A stretch of DNA of 64,000 nucleotides from an uncultured virus (IMG/VR IMGVR_UViG_3300034106_002919) (lineage: Duplodnaviria > Heunggongvirae > Uroviricota > Caudoviricetes). The stretch is taken from the IMG/VR virus record IMGVR_UViG_3300034106_002919; one strand, 5' to 3'. The notes beneath the pieces are model-generated. The model did no database searches and was not told the origin of the DNA. It worked only from the letters and a program-made list of their open reading frames with translations. The position numbers and the translations under genes are program-made. This document shows positions 26,197 to 36,310 of the stretch, piece after piece. Numbering within the stretch: the stretch's first letter is position 1; each line of letters starts with the position of its first letter.

Positions 26197-27573
26197 GTGA
26201 AATTAAGACTAAGAAAAGGTTCTTGGATATGGATTCCTCTTTTTATTTATCTTTGGGCATCTCCTTCTTTTGCTGAAGATAATCAACAAACACAAGGTCT
26301 TTATATAACTGTTTACGATAATTTAGGATACAATAACGCACCTCCACTTCCTCCAACAAACATTGCTGGAACCTTTGTAGGTTCAGATATTACACATTCT
26401 TTTGATCAAGAGCCTTGGTTTAATTTATACGAAGATTTTGTAGTTAAATATGAAGGCTATATTACAGCTCCATGTACATGCCCAGTTAAATTTATGTTAC
26501 AAGCCGATGATGGCACACAATTATTTCTTAATAATGAATTAATTACTTATGACTGGTGGGATAAGGGTGGTGGAGGATCTATTAGTGCTCCAATTAATTT
26601 TATTGAAAATCAGTCAAAATCAATAACTGTCTGGTTCTATGAAAATGGTGGAGGAGCTTGGATTCAAGCTTGGTGGATGATTGATAATAACTGGGAAATT
26701 ATACCAAATACAGCGTTTTCTTTAGTAGAAGTTACACCACCTACAACGACAACCGTTCCTGAAACAACTACAACAATTGAGGAAACTACTACCACAACAG
26801 AACCTCCTACAACCACAACGATCCCAGAAACAACTACAACTCAATCAACTACAACTACTACGACTATTCCTCAAACAACCACTACTACAACTGTTGTTGA
26901 GACAACAACTACCACTATTCTCCCAACAACCTTGCCAAGCACAACCCTGCCAGAAACGACAATACCAGAGACAACAATTCCAGAAACAACAATTCCAGAA
27001 ACAACAATTCCAGAAACAACCACCTCCACTACAAGTCCTACAACAATACCAGAAACAACAACAACACTTCCAACAACAATTGAAGAGGAAATATTAAATG
27101 TTGAAACCGCAGAAGAATTATCTAATATTGTTGAAAATTTAAATATAGAAGAAATAACAACTGATCAAGTTATAGCAATCTTAGAAAACCCAGTGTTTGA
27201 AGAGTTAACAAAAGAAGAAGTAGAAAAAGTTTTTGAATCAATTAATATAGAAGAATTAAACGAAGAAGATAAGGAACAGCTTATTGATGTTATCAATCAA
27301 GTTTCTGATGATATTAAAGATGAATTTGAAAATGAAATTGATGTTTTTGCTGAGGGGCTTGATGAGTATGTCCCATCAGGATCTCAAGTTGATGTAAAAA
27401 CTAGAAGAGCAATAATTGCAGTAACGGCTGTTACAACAACAATATCAATCTCAACTGCTGGCTCAGCAGGTGGTATGGGTGGAGGAAGTCCTTCACCAAG
27501 CCCAAGCGGAGGCTCACCAGATACTTCTGGTTCAGAGCCATCTGAAAAAAGAAGTTCTAGGAGAAGAAAATGA
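26197..27573 (+). CDS. exported PA14-domain protein with Thr/Pro mucin-like stalk and C-terminal hydrophobic anchor
   Basis: signal peptide; ADDG, WFYENGGGA (PA14); PETTI repeats; acidic helical region. Confidence 0.8.
   Translation: MKLRLRKGSWIWIPLFIYLWASPSFAEDNQQTQGLYITVYDNLGYNNAPPLPPTNIAGTFVGSDITHSFDQEPWFNLYEDFVVKYEGYITAPCTCPVKFMLQADDGTQLFLNNELITYDWWDKGGGGSISAPINFIENQSKSITVWFYENGGGAWIQAWWMIDNNWEIIPNTAFSLVEVTPPTTTTVPETTTTIEETTTTTEPPTTTTIPETTTTQSTTTTTTIPQTTTTTTVVETTTTTILPTTLPSTTLPETTIPETTIPETTIPETTIPETTTSTTSPTTIPETTTTLPTTIEEEILNVETAEELSNIVENLNIEEITTDQVIAILENPVFEELTKEEVEKVFESINIEELNEEDKEQLIDVINQVSDDIKDEFENEIDVFAEGLDEYVPSGSQVDVKTRRAIIAVTAVTTTISISTAGSAGGMGGGSPSPSPSGGSPDTSGSEPSEKRSSRRRK
26950..27020 (+). 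repeat. 15-bp coding tandem repeat (PETTI)
   Basis: ccagaaacaacaatt-like units x4-5. Confidence 0.85.
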
Positions 27574-27788
27574 AAAAAATAAAATTATTTACAATTGGAT
27601 TTGTATTAACTGGACTATTAACAGTTTTAACATCTGATTCTGAAAAAAATATAACACAACTTTTTACAACAAAAGTTGCAAATGCATCTGGTACTGGAGC
27701 GGATACTATTAAATCGTTTTTAATGGCATATATTTTAATTATGATTGGAATAATGCTAATGAGTTATGTTAGGAGGAAAAAAGCATGA
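27570..27788 (+). CDS. small membrane protein
   Basis: two hydrophobic segments, basic C-terminus. Confidence 0.65.
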   Translation: MKKIKLFTIGFVLTGLLTVLTSDSEKNITQLFTTKVANASGTGADTIKSFLMAYILIMIGIMLMSYVRRKKA

Positions 27789-27952
27789 TAAAGAAGCTTT
27801 TAAATGAAATACATGCACTAACTTGGACCCTTGGAGGAACTGGTATGGTTTTGATTACTTTGTCTGGTAATACAAGAGATTTGGGAATTAAAATAACCAT
27901 TGCTTCTTTGATTATTCATCTATTTGGAGTTCTTATTAAGAAAGAAGACTAA
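27785..27952 (+). CDS. 55-aa two-TM protein (not in ORF track)
   Basis: MIKKLLNEIHALTWTLGGTGMVLITLSG...LIIHLFGVLIKKED*; AGGAGG RBS, ATGA overlap. Confidence 0.75.
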   Translation: MIKKLLNEIHALTWTLGGTGMVLITLSGNTRDLGIKITIASLIIHLFGVLIKKED

Positions 27953-28006
27953 TGACTCATATGAAATATGATGATAAAATTATGTATATAAACAAAGGAG
28001 GTACCA

Positions 28007-28696
28007 ATGGCTAGACCATACACAGGTAATGCAGATGCTCCAGCATCTGGAACCCGCCCAGGTTTAAATGGGTTTATTAAGGCTGCAACAGAGAAGCGTA
28101 AAACAATGGCAGGAGAAGTTTCTTTTTGGGGCCTTACAAATATTGGAACTTTTTCAAATCGTTTAATGCGCTCAGCACCAGCAGGTCTTACACCTGCGTC
28201 ACCAGACTACAAAAAATGGGTATCAGTACATGCTACTGGTCGTGCAGTAGATCTTGGTTGGACAGATCGTGCAAAGGCAGAAGATTTTTGTCGTTTTCTT
28301 GAGAAGCATGCTGATGCTTTAGGTATTGAGGAAATTCATGACTATGACTATGTTGGTCCATCAGGTCAATGGGGTCGTGGATGGCGTTGCAACCGTAACG
28401 GTGTAGCAGGGTGGAAGATTTATGATGCCAATGATAATGCTGGCACACCAGGGGGAGACTGGATCCATGTTGAAATCTCTCCAGCAATGGCTGCTGACGA
28501 GAAGAAGGCTTATGACACATTTAAGGCTGAGTTTGAAAAGTATCTTGGTCAGAAGCGTGTTGAAGACTATCTAAAAGGTCTTGCTGAAGAAGCAAAAAAG
28601 AAAGCCGAAGAAGAAAAGAAACTATCCAAAGAAGAGCGTGAAAAGCGTAAAAAGAATCGTCAAGCCGCTAAAAAAGCACTTGAAGATAGTAAATAA
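28007..28696 (+). CDS. endolysin, peptidase M15-like zinc peptidase
   Basis: SVHATGRAVD and WIHVE zinc-binding motifs; basic C-terminal tail. Confidence 0.8.
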   Translation: MARPYTGNADAPASGTRPGLNGFIKAATEKRKTMAGEVSFWGLTNIGTFSNRLMRSAPAGLTPASPDYKKWVSVHATGRAVDLGWTDRAKAEDFCRFLEKHADALGIEEIHDYDYVGPSGQWGRGWRCNRNGVAGWKIYDANDNAGTPGGDWIHVEISPAMAADEKKAYDTFKAEFEKYLGQKRVEDYLKGLAEEAKKKAEEEKKLSKEEREKRKKNRQAAKKALEDSK

Positions 28697-28707
28697 CGAG
28701 GTTTTTT

Positions 28708-28803
28708 ATGGGTAAAGAAGAAAGTAGTCGTGTTAAAAGATGCGAATGCGGATGTGACTGCAATGACTATTGTGATTGTGGTTGCGAAGAATGCGATTGT
28801 TAA
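28708..28803 (+). CDS. 31-aa Cys-rich metallothionein-like peptide (not in ORF track)
   Basis: MGKEESSRVKRCECGCDCNDYCDCGCEECDC*, GAGG RBS. Confidence 0.7.
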   Translation: MGKEESSRVKRCECGCDCNDYCDCGCEECDC

Positions 28804-28821
28804 GGATTAATAGGAGATAAA

Positions 28822-29163
28822 ATGACACCAGGCTCTAGAGACATATCAATATATCAGGGCGATACTTATATTCACGAATTGAGAATTAAAGACTCAAATA
28901 GTGCTAACATAAATATCACTGGTAGAACATATTCTGGTCAAATTAAGGTGAGTAAAAGAAGTTCAACAGTAACTGCTAATTTTACTGCAAATATTACAAA
29001 CGCCGCTAATGGCGTAGTTCAGTTTAGCCTTACCCCAGCCCAGACTGCAAATATTGATCCTGGAACGTACTATTACGATTTTCAGCAATTAGACGGTGTA
29101 ATAAAACTTACTCTAGTTGCTGGAAGTGCAGTTGTTTCTGGAGAAGTAACAAATGGCAGCTGA
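28822..29163 (+). CDS. virion Ig-like fibre-adaptor protein (BppU/LtfC-like)
   Basis: I.IYQGDT...G.V.FSLT..QTA...G.YYYD.Q motif. Confidence 0.7.
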   Translation: MTPGSRDISIYQGDTYIHELRIKDSNSANINITGRTYSGQIKVSKRSSTVTANFTANITNAANGVVQFSLTPAQTANIDPGTYYYDFQQLDGVIKLTLVAGSAVVSGEVTNGS

Positions 29164-29428
29164 AGTAACAGAAGTAAAATTTTCAGATAAAGACATTACA
29201 ACTCTTACGGTTACATCTTCTGATGTAACCTCTGTAAGTATTACTGCAACAGATACTACCATTTTAACATCTGCACCTGCTACAATTAATACTGCCAACT
29301 TAAATTTATCGGACAGCAACCCCAGTAATATAGCAAGAACTGCTAGCTCTGGGGTTAGCAACTTTGTAAGCAGAGCTGATCATGTCCACTCAGCAGCAAA
29401 TCTGCTACTTGATGGAGGAAGCTACTAA
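29153..29428 (+). CDS. small fibre-associated protein
   Basis: SRADHVH motif, C-terminal DGG. Confidence 0.7.
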   Translation: MAAEVTEVKFSDKDITTLTVTSSDVTSVSITATDTTILTSAPATINTANLNLSDSNPSNIARTASSGVSNFVSRADHVHSAANLLLDGGSY

Positions 29429-31039
29429 ATGGCTAATACAATTAGAATTAAAAGAAGAGCATCTGGCGCGGCGGGTGCTCCAACAAGCTTGGAAAATGCT
29501 GAGCTTGCATATAACGAAGTAGATGACGTTCTTTACTATGGTAAAGGAACAGGTGGTGCTGGAGGATCAGCAACAAGCGTACAAGCAATCGCTGGTGCTG
29601 GTGCATATGTTGCACTATCTGGTGCTCAAACAATTACAGGTAATAAAACATTTTCTGGAACAGTAGAATTAGGATCTTCTGCAACCGCTACAACCCCAGC
29701 ATCAAATAGCAATAGCACAACTGTTGCAACAACAGCTTTTGTCCAAGGAATAGTTAGCAATGTAGGGGCATCCTTTACTGTTGCTGGTGATTCTGGAACA
29801 AACCAGACAATTACGGGTGGAATTGACACTCTAACAATTGCTGGCGGTACTGGTTTATCTTCTGTTGCTGGTGCAACTGACACTATTACTTTAAATCTTG
29901 ATAATACAGCAGTTACTGCTGGTAACTATGGTAGCGCTACAGCGGTAGGAACCTTTACAGTTGATGCACAAGGTAGAATTACAGCAGCATCAAATACTGC
30001 AATTTCAATCGCATCAACCGCAGTTAGCGACTTTAATGAAGCCGCTCAGGATGCAATAGGAACATTGATCACAAATGGTGACAAGACTGGAATCACCGTA
30101 ACATATGATGATGCTAATGCAAAGATTAACTTTTCAGTAACAAGTCAATCAATCACAGTTGCTGGTGATGCTGGAACTCCTCAAACAGTTACATCTGGAG
30201 ACACTCTAACAATCTCTGGCGGTACAGCGCTCACAGCTACTGCTGGTTCCACCGATACAGTCACCATTGATCTTGATAATACAGCAGTTACTGCTGGTAA
30301 CTATGGTGGTGCAGGAACTGTAGGAACATTCACAGTTGATGCACAGGGTCGTTTAACGACTGCTGCAAACTCAAATATTTCAATCACTGCTTCACAAATT
30401 AGTGATAGAGCAACAAACCTTGTAACGGGTTTGACAGGAACCGCAAATGAAATTACAGTATCAAACTCTGGTGTTGGTGCGGTAACATTGAGCCTTCCAT
30501 CTAATGTTACGATTAGTAATAATCTAACTGTAACTGGAGATCTTGTTGTTAATGGTAATACAACAACTCTTAACACATCAACTCTAGTTGTTGAAGATAA
30601 GAATGTTGTCCTTGCTAATGTTGAGTCACCAACAGATATTACAGCGGATGGTGCTGGGCTTACGATTAAAGGCAACACAGATAAGACACTTAACTGGGTT
30701 GATGCTACAGATGCTTGGACCGCATCAGAGCATTTCAACCTTGCATCTGGTAAGTCATATTACATTGGGGGTTCGGCGGTACTTTCAAATACAACTTTGG
30801 GTTCAAGTGTTGTTACATCAAGCCTTACATCGCTAGGAACAATTAGTACTGGAACATGGCAAGGTACAGCTATTGGCCTTGCTCATGGTGGTACTGGCGC
30901 AAACAGTGCAAGCGGTGCTCGTACAGCTTTAGAGTTAGGTACAATTGCAACTCAAAATGCCAACAATGTTGCAATTACTGGTGGTAATATTTCTAGTGTC
31001 ACCCTTGATCTAGTTTTGATTGATGGAGGCACTTTCTAA
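29429..31039 (+). CDS. tail/virion fibre protein
   Basis: MANTIRIKR, GAQTITGNKTF, duplicated TVDAQGR.T repeats, C-terminal IDGGTF. Confidence 0.85.
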   Translation: MANTIRIKRRASGAAGAPTSLENAELAYNEVDDVLYYGKGTGGAGGSATSVQAIAGAGAYVALSGAQTITGNKTFSGTVELGSSATATTPASNSNSTTVATTAFVQGIVSNVGASFTVAGDSGTNQTITGGIDTLTIAGGTGLSSVAGATDTITLNLDNTAVTAGNYGSATAVGTFTVDAQGRITAASNTAISIASTAVSDFNEAAQDAIGTLITNGDKTGITVTYDDANAKINFSVTSQSITVAGDAGTPQTVTSGDTLTISGGTALTATAGSTDTVTIDLDNTAVTAGNYGGAGTVGTFTVDAQGRLTTAANSNISITASQISDRATNLVTGLTGTANEITVSNSGVGAVTLSLPSNVTISNNLTVTGDLVVNGNTTTLNTSTLVVEDKNVVLANVESPTDITADGAGLTIKGNTDKTLNWVDATDAWTASEHFNLASGKSYYIGGSAVLSNTTLGSSVVTSSLTSLGTISTGTWQGTAIGLAHGGTGANSASGARTALELGTIATQNANNVAITGGNISSVTLDLVLIDGGTF

Positions 31040-31055
31040 ATAGAAGGAGTCCTCA

Positions 31056-32786
31056 ATGGCTAATACAATTAGAATTAAAAGTTCTGGGCTTACTGGAAAC
31101 ACTCCATCATCTCTTGAACATGGCGAGTTAGCATTAAACTATGCTGATGGAAAGATGTTTTATAAAAATAATTCCAATTCTATTGTTCAATTTGGTATTG
31201 AAAGTTTTGCTCTCAATGATATAAACAATGTTACTGCACCAACTCCTTCTTCTGGTGATTTCCTTAAATGGAACGGTTCAGCATGGATAAATGATGCTAT
31301 TGATCTTGGTACTGACACCGTTGGTGACTATGTTTCATCTCTTGTTGCTGGATCTGGAATTACTTTATCAAATAACTCTGGTGAAGGAGCAACTCCAACA
31401 GTTGCCTTAACCAGTAACTCCATAACAATAAATGGAACATCTATTGCTCTTGGTACTTCTGGAACAGTGACTGCAAATGCTCAAACACTTACTGGAACAT
31501 CTTTAAATTCCACCGTTGTAGGATCAAGCCTAACATCTGTTGGCAATGTTACATCTGGAACATGGTCTGCTGGAACTATTGCTGTTTCATCTGGTGGTAC
31601 TGGAGTAACAACAATTACTGCTAATGGTGTTTTGTATGGGAATGGAACTGGTGCGATCGCTAATACTGGTGCTGGAACTGCTGGACAGGTCCTAACAGCA
31701 GGTACTGGAGGTGTTCCAACTTGGACAGCAAATACTGGTACTGGAAATGTAGTTAGGGCTACATCCCCATCAATTACTACCTCTATTACAACTGCTAATA
31801 CATCTTTTGATCTTATAAATACAACAGCGACTACACTCAACATTGGTGGTGGTGCAAGTACATCTGTAAATATTGGCAATGCTTCTGGTGTTGTAAATAT
31901 TAATGCTAATAAGTTAAGTATTAATAACTCAAATGGTGCTGAAGGTGGAGAGTTGTTTCTTGCTCAACCAGCATCAAATACAACTCTTGCTGGTGGAATA
32001 ACAATTGACGTTTTTCAAGATAGACTTCGTTTTTTTGAACAGGGCGGTGGTGCGCGTGGTTACTTCTTAGATCTGACTTCAGGCGCTAATGGTGCTACTA
32101 CTGCAATACTTTATAATGGTTTTACAGGTCCCTTTTTTACCACATCAATTACAACTGGTAGCACCACATTTGCCTTACTTAATACAACAGCAACCACTAT
32201 CAACTTTGGTGGAGCAGCAACAACTATAAACATGGGCGCAACTGGCGCAATAACCAACATTACTGGTTCTGTAACATCCACAGGTTCTATAACCGCTGGT
32301 GGACTTATTAAAACCAATGGTCGTTTTGATGCTGATGATAGCCTTGGTTTTTGGGTTGCAAGAGATAATGATGGAACCGTATTATTTCGTGCCGACACAA
32401 CAGACACAGTACATAACGATGTAATCACTGGTAGAGCAGTAATCATCAACGCTGCTGGCACACTTGGTACCGCAACCTCTTCAATAAGAAGAAAGACTGA
32501 TGTATCAAATTACCTCTTTGATACATCAGCAGTACTTGAACTCCAGCCAGTAAAGTTCAAGTATAAAGAAGAATACGACAGTGAAGGCAACCAACAGGAC
32601 TGGCAGTACGGCTTTATTGCCGAACAAGCACAAGAAATTGGTTTAACAGAACTAGTTGGATTTAACGAAAATGGCCTACCAGATTACTTTGCATATGAGC
32701 GTTTGTGTGTCGCTCAACAGCAAGTGATTCGTGAGTTATGGGCAAAAGTAGAGGCTCTTGAAGAGCAAGTTGGATTAGCAACCTAA
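31056..32786 (+). CDS. fibre protein with C-terminal intramolecular chaperone (peptidase S74-like)
   Basis: G/T/S-rich; SSIRRK.D...PV.FKY...GFIAE. Confidence 0.85.
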   Translation: MANTIRIKSSGLTGNTPSSLEHGELALNYADGKMFYKNNSNSIVQFGIESFALNDINNVTAPTPSSGDFLKWNGSAWINDAIDLGTDTVGDYVSSLVAGSGITLSNNSGEGATPTVALTSNSITINGTSIALGTSGTVTANAQTLTGTSLNSTVVGSSLTSVGNVTSGTWSAGTIAVSSGGTGVTTITANGVLYGNGTGAIANTGAGTAGQVLTAGTGGVPTWTANTGTGNVVRATSPSITTSITTANTSFDLINTTATTLNIGGGASTSVNIGNASGVVNINANKLSINNSNGAEGGELFLAQPASNTTLAGGITIDVFQDRLRFFEQGGGARGYFLDLTSGANGATTAILYNGFTGPFFTTSITTGSTTFALLNTTATTINFGGAATTINMGATGAITNITGSVTSTGSITAGGLIKTNGRFDADDSLGFWVARDNDGTVLFRADTTDTVHNDVITGRAVIINAAGTLGTATSSIRRKTDVSNYLFDTSAVLELQPVKFKYKEEYDSEGNQQDWQYGFIAEQAQEIGLTELVGFNENGLPDYFAYERLCVAQQQVIRELWAKVEALEEQVGLAT

Positions 32787-32813
32787 TAAATATATAGGTA
32801 TAATTGAGGTTAT

Positions 32814-33740
32814 ATGGATGAAGTAAAAATTAATACAAGTAAAACACTAACTCTGACACTTCCATCCGACCCCGCCAGCAATACGGTTTCGGTGTCCCTT
32901 TACCATGAGTTCGGGGATCTTGTCTCAGGCCCCACCAATGCGACCAGAACGGGCACAGGAGTCTATTCAATTACCTATGGGCAGGAAGCCTCTGGTATCT
33001 ATACTTTAAATTCAGCGGGGCAACACAGGGCTGATTTCAAGTACACAATTGGGGGTACTCAGTACACCCAGTCTCAATATATTAATGTCTATACCCCATA
33101 CATTGACTCAGATGATTTTTTCACGTTCTATCCAGAACTAGAAACTACATTCGGTACAACTTTTGACCGTAATGAAAAAAGAGCGAGATATATTATCAAT
33201 GCATATTGCGGTCAATCTTTTGAGTACTATCCAGAAAAAACATTTACTCTTGATGGTGATGGATACCTAACACTAAGGCTTCCATATCCAATTTTTACAA
33301 TTCGTAAAGTTACAGCAGATTTAGGCACAGACCAAGAATCAGTTCTTTTAGATATTGATGATCCAAGTGTTAATGCTATTGAAAAAGTTAGGTATCCATT
33401 CAGTTTTGAATCTTCATATGGGATTAGATTTAAAAAAATTCTAACAGACACAGTTCTTGAGCAACTTGTGGAAACATTCTTTAGAAAAAACTCTACTTAT
33501 ACAATCTACGGCGACTATGGCTGGAGAATTGTACCAGACAACATCAAGCAAGCTGCTGCTTTAATTATTGCTGACCTTATGAATGATGACTCTGAGTATA
33601 GAAGACACGGAATTACTGGTATCAATATGGATTCTGTTTCGTTTACAATGACAAACAAATTCTATGAATCAACAGGAAATATTGAAGCCGATGTTCTTCT
33701 TATGGACTATATTTTATTTGTTATGGATTATGTGGTGTAG
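32814..33740 (+). CDS. head-to-tail adaptor
   Basis: IINAYCGQSF, GDYGW..VPDNIKQAA, TGN.EAD.LL; position. Confidence 0.8.
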   Translation: MDEVKINTSKTLTLTLPSDPASNTVSVSLYHEFGDLVSGPTNATRTGTGVYSITYGQEASGIYTLNSAGQHRADFKYTIGGTQYTQSQYINVYTPYIDSDDFFTFYPELETTFGTTFDRNEKRARYIINAYCGQSFEYYPEKTFTLDGDGYLTLRLPYPIFTIRKVTADLGTDQESVLLDIDDPSVNAIEKVRYPFSFESSYGIRFKKILTDTVLEQLVETFFRKNSTYTIYGDYGWRIVPDNIKQAAALIIADLMNDDSEYRRHGITGINMDSVSFTMTNKFYESTGNIEADVLLMDYILFVMDYVV

Positions 33741-33742
33741 TC

Positions 33743-34117
33743 ATGTCATACAAGACATTTCTTCGCTTTGTTCATAAAGCAGATATACATGCAAGAACAG
33801 TTACGGTTAATGATGCTGGTCAAAAAATAGCAACATTTGCTCTTACTCAAAACATACCTTTGTATTTCCAATCTAATGCAACAGAAAGAAGACTTGTTCC
33901 GTATGTTGCAGACATTGATGAATTTCAGTTTTATATCCCTTGGCAATACAATTCAATCATCACCTATAAAAATAGAATTTTTAATGTAAAAGATAGATAT
34001 GGAAATATTTTAGAGGCTGGTCCTCTTGAGATTACAGAGATTGAAAAAAAGACTGGTTTTGGTGGTAAATTACATCATATTTTAATCACAGCAAGAAGAG
34101 TGGTGGAAAATGCTTAA
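33743..34117 (+). CDS. head-to-tail stopper / head closure protein
   Basis: size and synteny after the adaptor. Confidence 0.65.
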   Translation: MSYKTFLRFVHKADIHARTVTVNDAGQKIATFALTQNIPLYFQSNATERRLVPYVADIDEFQFYIPWQYNSIITYKNRIFNVKDRYGNILEAGPLEITEIEKKTGFGGKLHHILITARRVVENA

Positions 34118-34667
34118 GATTACAGTTAATAAGAATGCAACTGCAATGCTAGATGCTCTTGCTAAAAAGGTTGACACATATCCAAATAGAATCAAACAAG
34201 CACAGTATACAGCAGCTGTTGCTACAGCAAGAACTATGCCAAGAAGAGTTGGTGGAATTACAAAAGGTGCTAAATATATTGAATATGATGTTGCATCTTA
34301 TGGCCCAACTGGACTAGTACTAACTGCAAGACCACCTAAGAAAATTGATTCAGGTGGAAAACATAAAAGATCTAAATTCTATGCAGCAGCTACAACTTTA
34401 GGAGGAAGAAGAAAATTTGTTCTTACAAGAGCACACCTTAAAGGTAAACAATACTTCGTTCTAAGACCAGAAAGCAGAGCTCAATATGGCAAGAGAAAGA
34501 AGCCTCCTTTGACAATACCAAAAATGTTCTCAAAAGAAGATATGATTAAAGATGAGTTAAGAGACACAATGATAAATGAACTTCAAAAAGCATTTAGAAG
34601 ACAAGGCTTTGGTCCAAGAGGCGGTAGGTCAGGACCAGATCTTCCTTCGTCTGGGGTTGGTAGATAA
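34110..34667 (+). CDS. basic neck / tail-completion protein
   Basis: synteny (HK97 gp10-like position), highly basic. Confidence 0.55.
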   Translation: MLKITVNKNATAMLDALAKKVDTYPNRIKQAQYTAAVATARTMPRRVGGITKGAKYIEYDVASYGPTGLVLTARPPKKIDSGGKHKRSKFYAAATTLGGRRKFVLTRAHLKGKQYFVLRPESRAQYGKRKKPPLTIPKMFSKEDMIKDELRDTMINELQKAFRRQGFGPRGGRSGPDLPSSGVGR

Positions 34668-35083
34668 TGAGTTTAGCTATATATGACGTTAATACTTTTT
34701 TGAAAGCAGACACTACTTTGGCAAATATTGCTGGTAAGACTATGAGTTTTTATCCAGTTATTGGAGATTCTGAGGAAACACCTCCTTTTGTTATTTATTA
34801 TGCTACTCCTTCAATTTCTTCTGTAGAAGATTGGTGGAATAGATATGATAATGTTAGATACTGCATATATGATAGTAATGTTGATAGATTGTTAAAAATA
34901 TCAGAAAGATTTTTAGTCCTTTTAGGTAGGGGAGATACAGTCTCTGAATCTACAGGGATACAGAGTAATTCAAGTAGGATCTTGTCAAGTATTTTTGTTG
35001 ATTCTTCTATAGAAGAACCAGAGGAAAAACTTGGCTGGTACAAGATGGATTTGGACTTCCAAATCTACCATGTCATCAAGTAG
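34667..35083 (+). CDS. tail terminator
   Basis: PPFVIY motif, size and synteny before the major tail gene. Confidence 0.65.
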   Translation: MSLAIYDVNTFLKADTTLANIAGKTMSFYPVIGDSEETPPFVIYYATPSISSVEDWWNRYDNVRYCIYDSNVDRLLKISERFLVLLGRGDTVSESTGIQSNSSRILSSIFVDSSIEEPEEKLGWYKMDLDFQIYHVIK

Positions 35084-35102
35084 TGTGGTAATATAATAAG
35101 AT

Positions 35103-35297
35103 ATGAAGTATACTACTATTACATATGTTGGTAAGAATCCAGGATATACCGTAAGAATTCAGGCTAAATCCTATGAATTTGAGTGGAATAAGTCTCTTGC
35201 CATCGGAAAAAGGAACGATGAAGTTCAAATTGATCACGCCAAGAGGATTTCCAAATGGCGAGACAAAAAAGGAAAAAGGATTTTTATCCTTGAATAA
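35103..35297 (+). CDS. hypothetical protein
   Basis: 64 aa ORF, -10-like box upstream. Confidence 0.65.
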   Translation: MKYTTITYVGKNPGYTVRIQAKSYEFEWNKSLAIGKRNDEVQIDHAKRISKWRDKKGKRIFILE

Positions 35298-35313
35298 TTA
35301 GGAGGAAAACAAA

Positions 35314-35907
35314 ATGCCAGGTTCAAGTAATGTAACTGTAGCAAATATTGTTGTCGGTGAAGCAGAGATGAAGATCGGTACATCAAACACCTCATTGACT
35401 CTAAACGACTTTGACAGCCTCACATCTGTCGGTGGTACACAAAACGGTGTTGAGATTTCATGGGAGCCAGACATGGTTGACATTGAAGTTGATCAGTACG
35501 GTGATGCCGCTAAGGTCATCCAGTCAAAGGTTAAGGTTATGGTTAAGACCACTCTCGCAGAGGCTACCCTAAACAACCTTGCTGCAGCATGGAGCTACGA
35601 CAACGCAACAGGTGGTGCAGATGTTAAGGCTAACCAAGACGGTGCAAACACAAAGACATTTATGTTCGGTGTTCAGAATGTGTACCCATACGAGAAGGCT
35701 ATCCAGATCGTAGGTAATGCCCCAGGTTCAAATGCAGCATCAACACTTACTCGTAAGTTTAATACCAAGAGAGCAATTTCAATGGAGTCATCAACAATCT
35801 CAATGAAGAGAGCTGAGGCTACAACTTTTGCTGTTTCGTTCAGAATTCTCCCAGTCAGCGGAGACTCAGGTTACGAGTACGGTAAGATCATTGATCAGAC
35901 TGCCTGA
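35314..35907 (+). CDS. major tail (tube) protein
   Basis: NIVVG.A, VG.T.NGVE...P....IEVDQ..D, TTLAEATL.NL motifs. Confidence 0.88.
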   Translation: MPGSSNVTVANIVVGEAEMKIGTSNTSLTLNDFDSLTSVGGTQNGVEISWEPDMVDIEVDQYGDAAKVIQSKVKVMVKTTLAEATLNNLAAAWSYDNATGGADVKANQDGANTKTFMFGVQNVYPYEKAIQIVGNAPGSNAASTLTRKFNTKRAISMESSTISMKRAEATTFAVSFRILPVSGDSGYEYGKIIDQTA

Positions 35908-36001
35908 TTAAAAACTTAATAAAGCCGTAGAGAGGGTGCCCTCAGTGTGATATACTATGACACTGAGGGTTTTCCCTTATATAGACACAAGGAGTGTAGT
36001 T

Positions 36002-36310
36002 TTGACTGAAAAGAATAAAGACCTATACAAAGGTGTAGAAATTGTTTTTGCTGACGGTAAGGCTAGGGTTATTAAGCCTCTAACAATTCGTCAGTTAAGA
36101 AAGTTTATGAAGGTTGTTTCAGAAATGAAGGCGACAGAGGATCAATTAAGTGATGAGGACATTGATAGAATGGTTCAGGCCGCTTCAATTGCTCTTCAAA
36201 AGGTTGAGCCAGAATTGTCAGAAGACCTTGATGCACTTGAAGACATTCTAGACCTACGCAGTTTTAACCTAATTATGGGTGCTGCAATGGGTTCTGACCC
36301 AAACTCGTAA
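36002..36310 (+). CDS. tail assembly chaperone (G)
   Basis: TTG start after AAGGAG; IKPLTIRQLRKFM; between tail tube and tape measure genes. Confidence 0.85.
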   Translation: MTEKNKDLYKGVEIVFADGKARVIKPLTIRQLRKFMKVVSEMKATEDQLSDEDIDRMVQAASIALQKVEPELSEDLDALEDILDLRSFNLIMGAAMGSDPNS

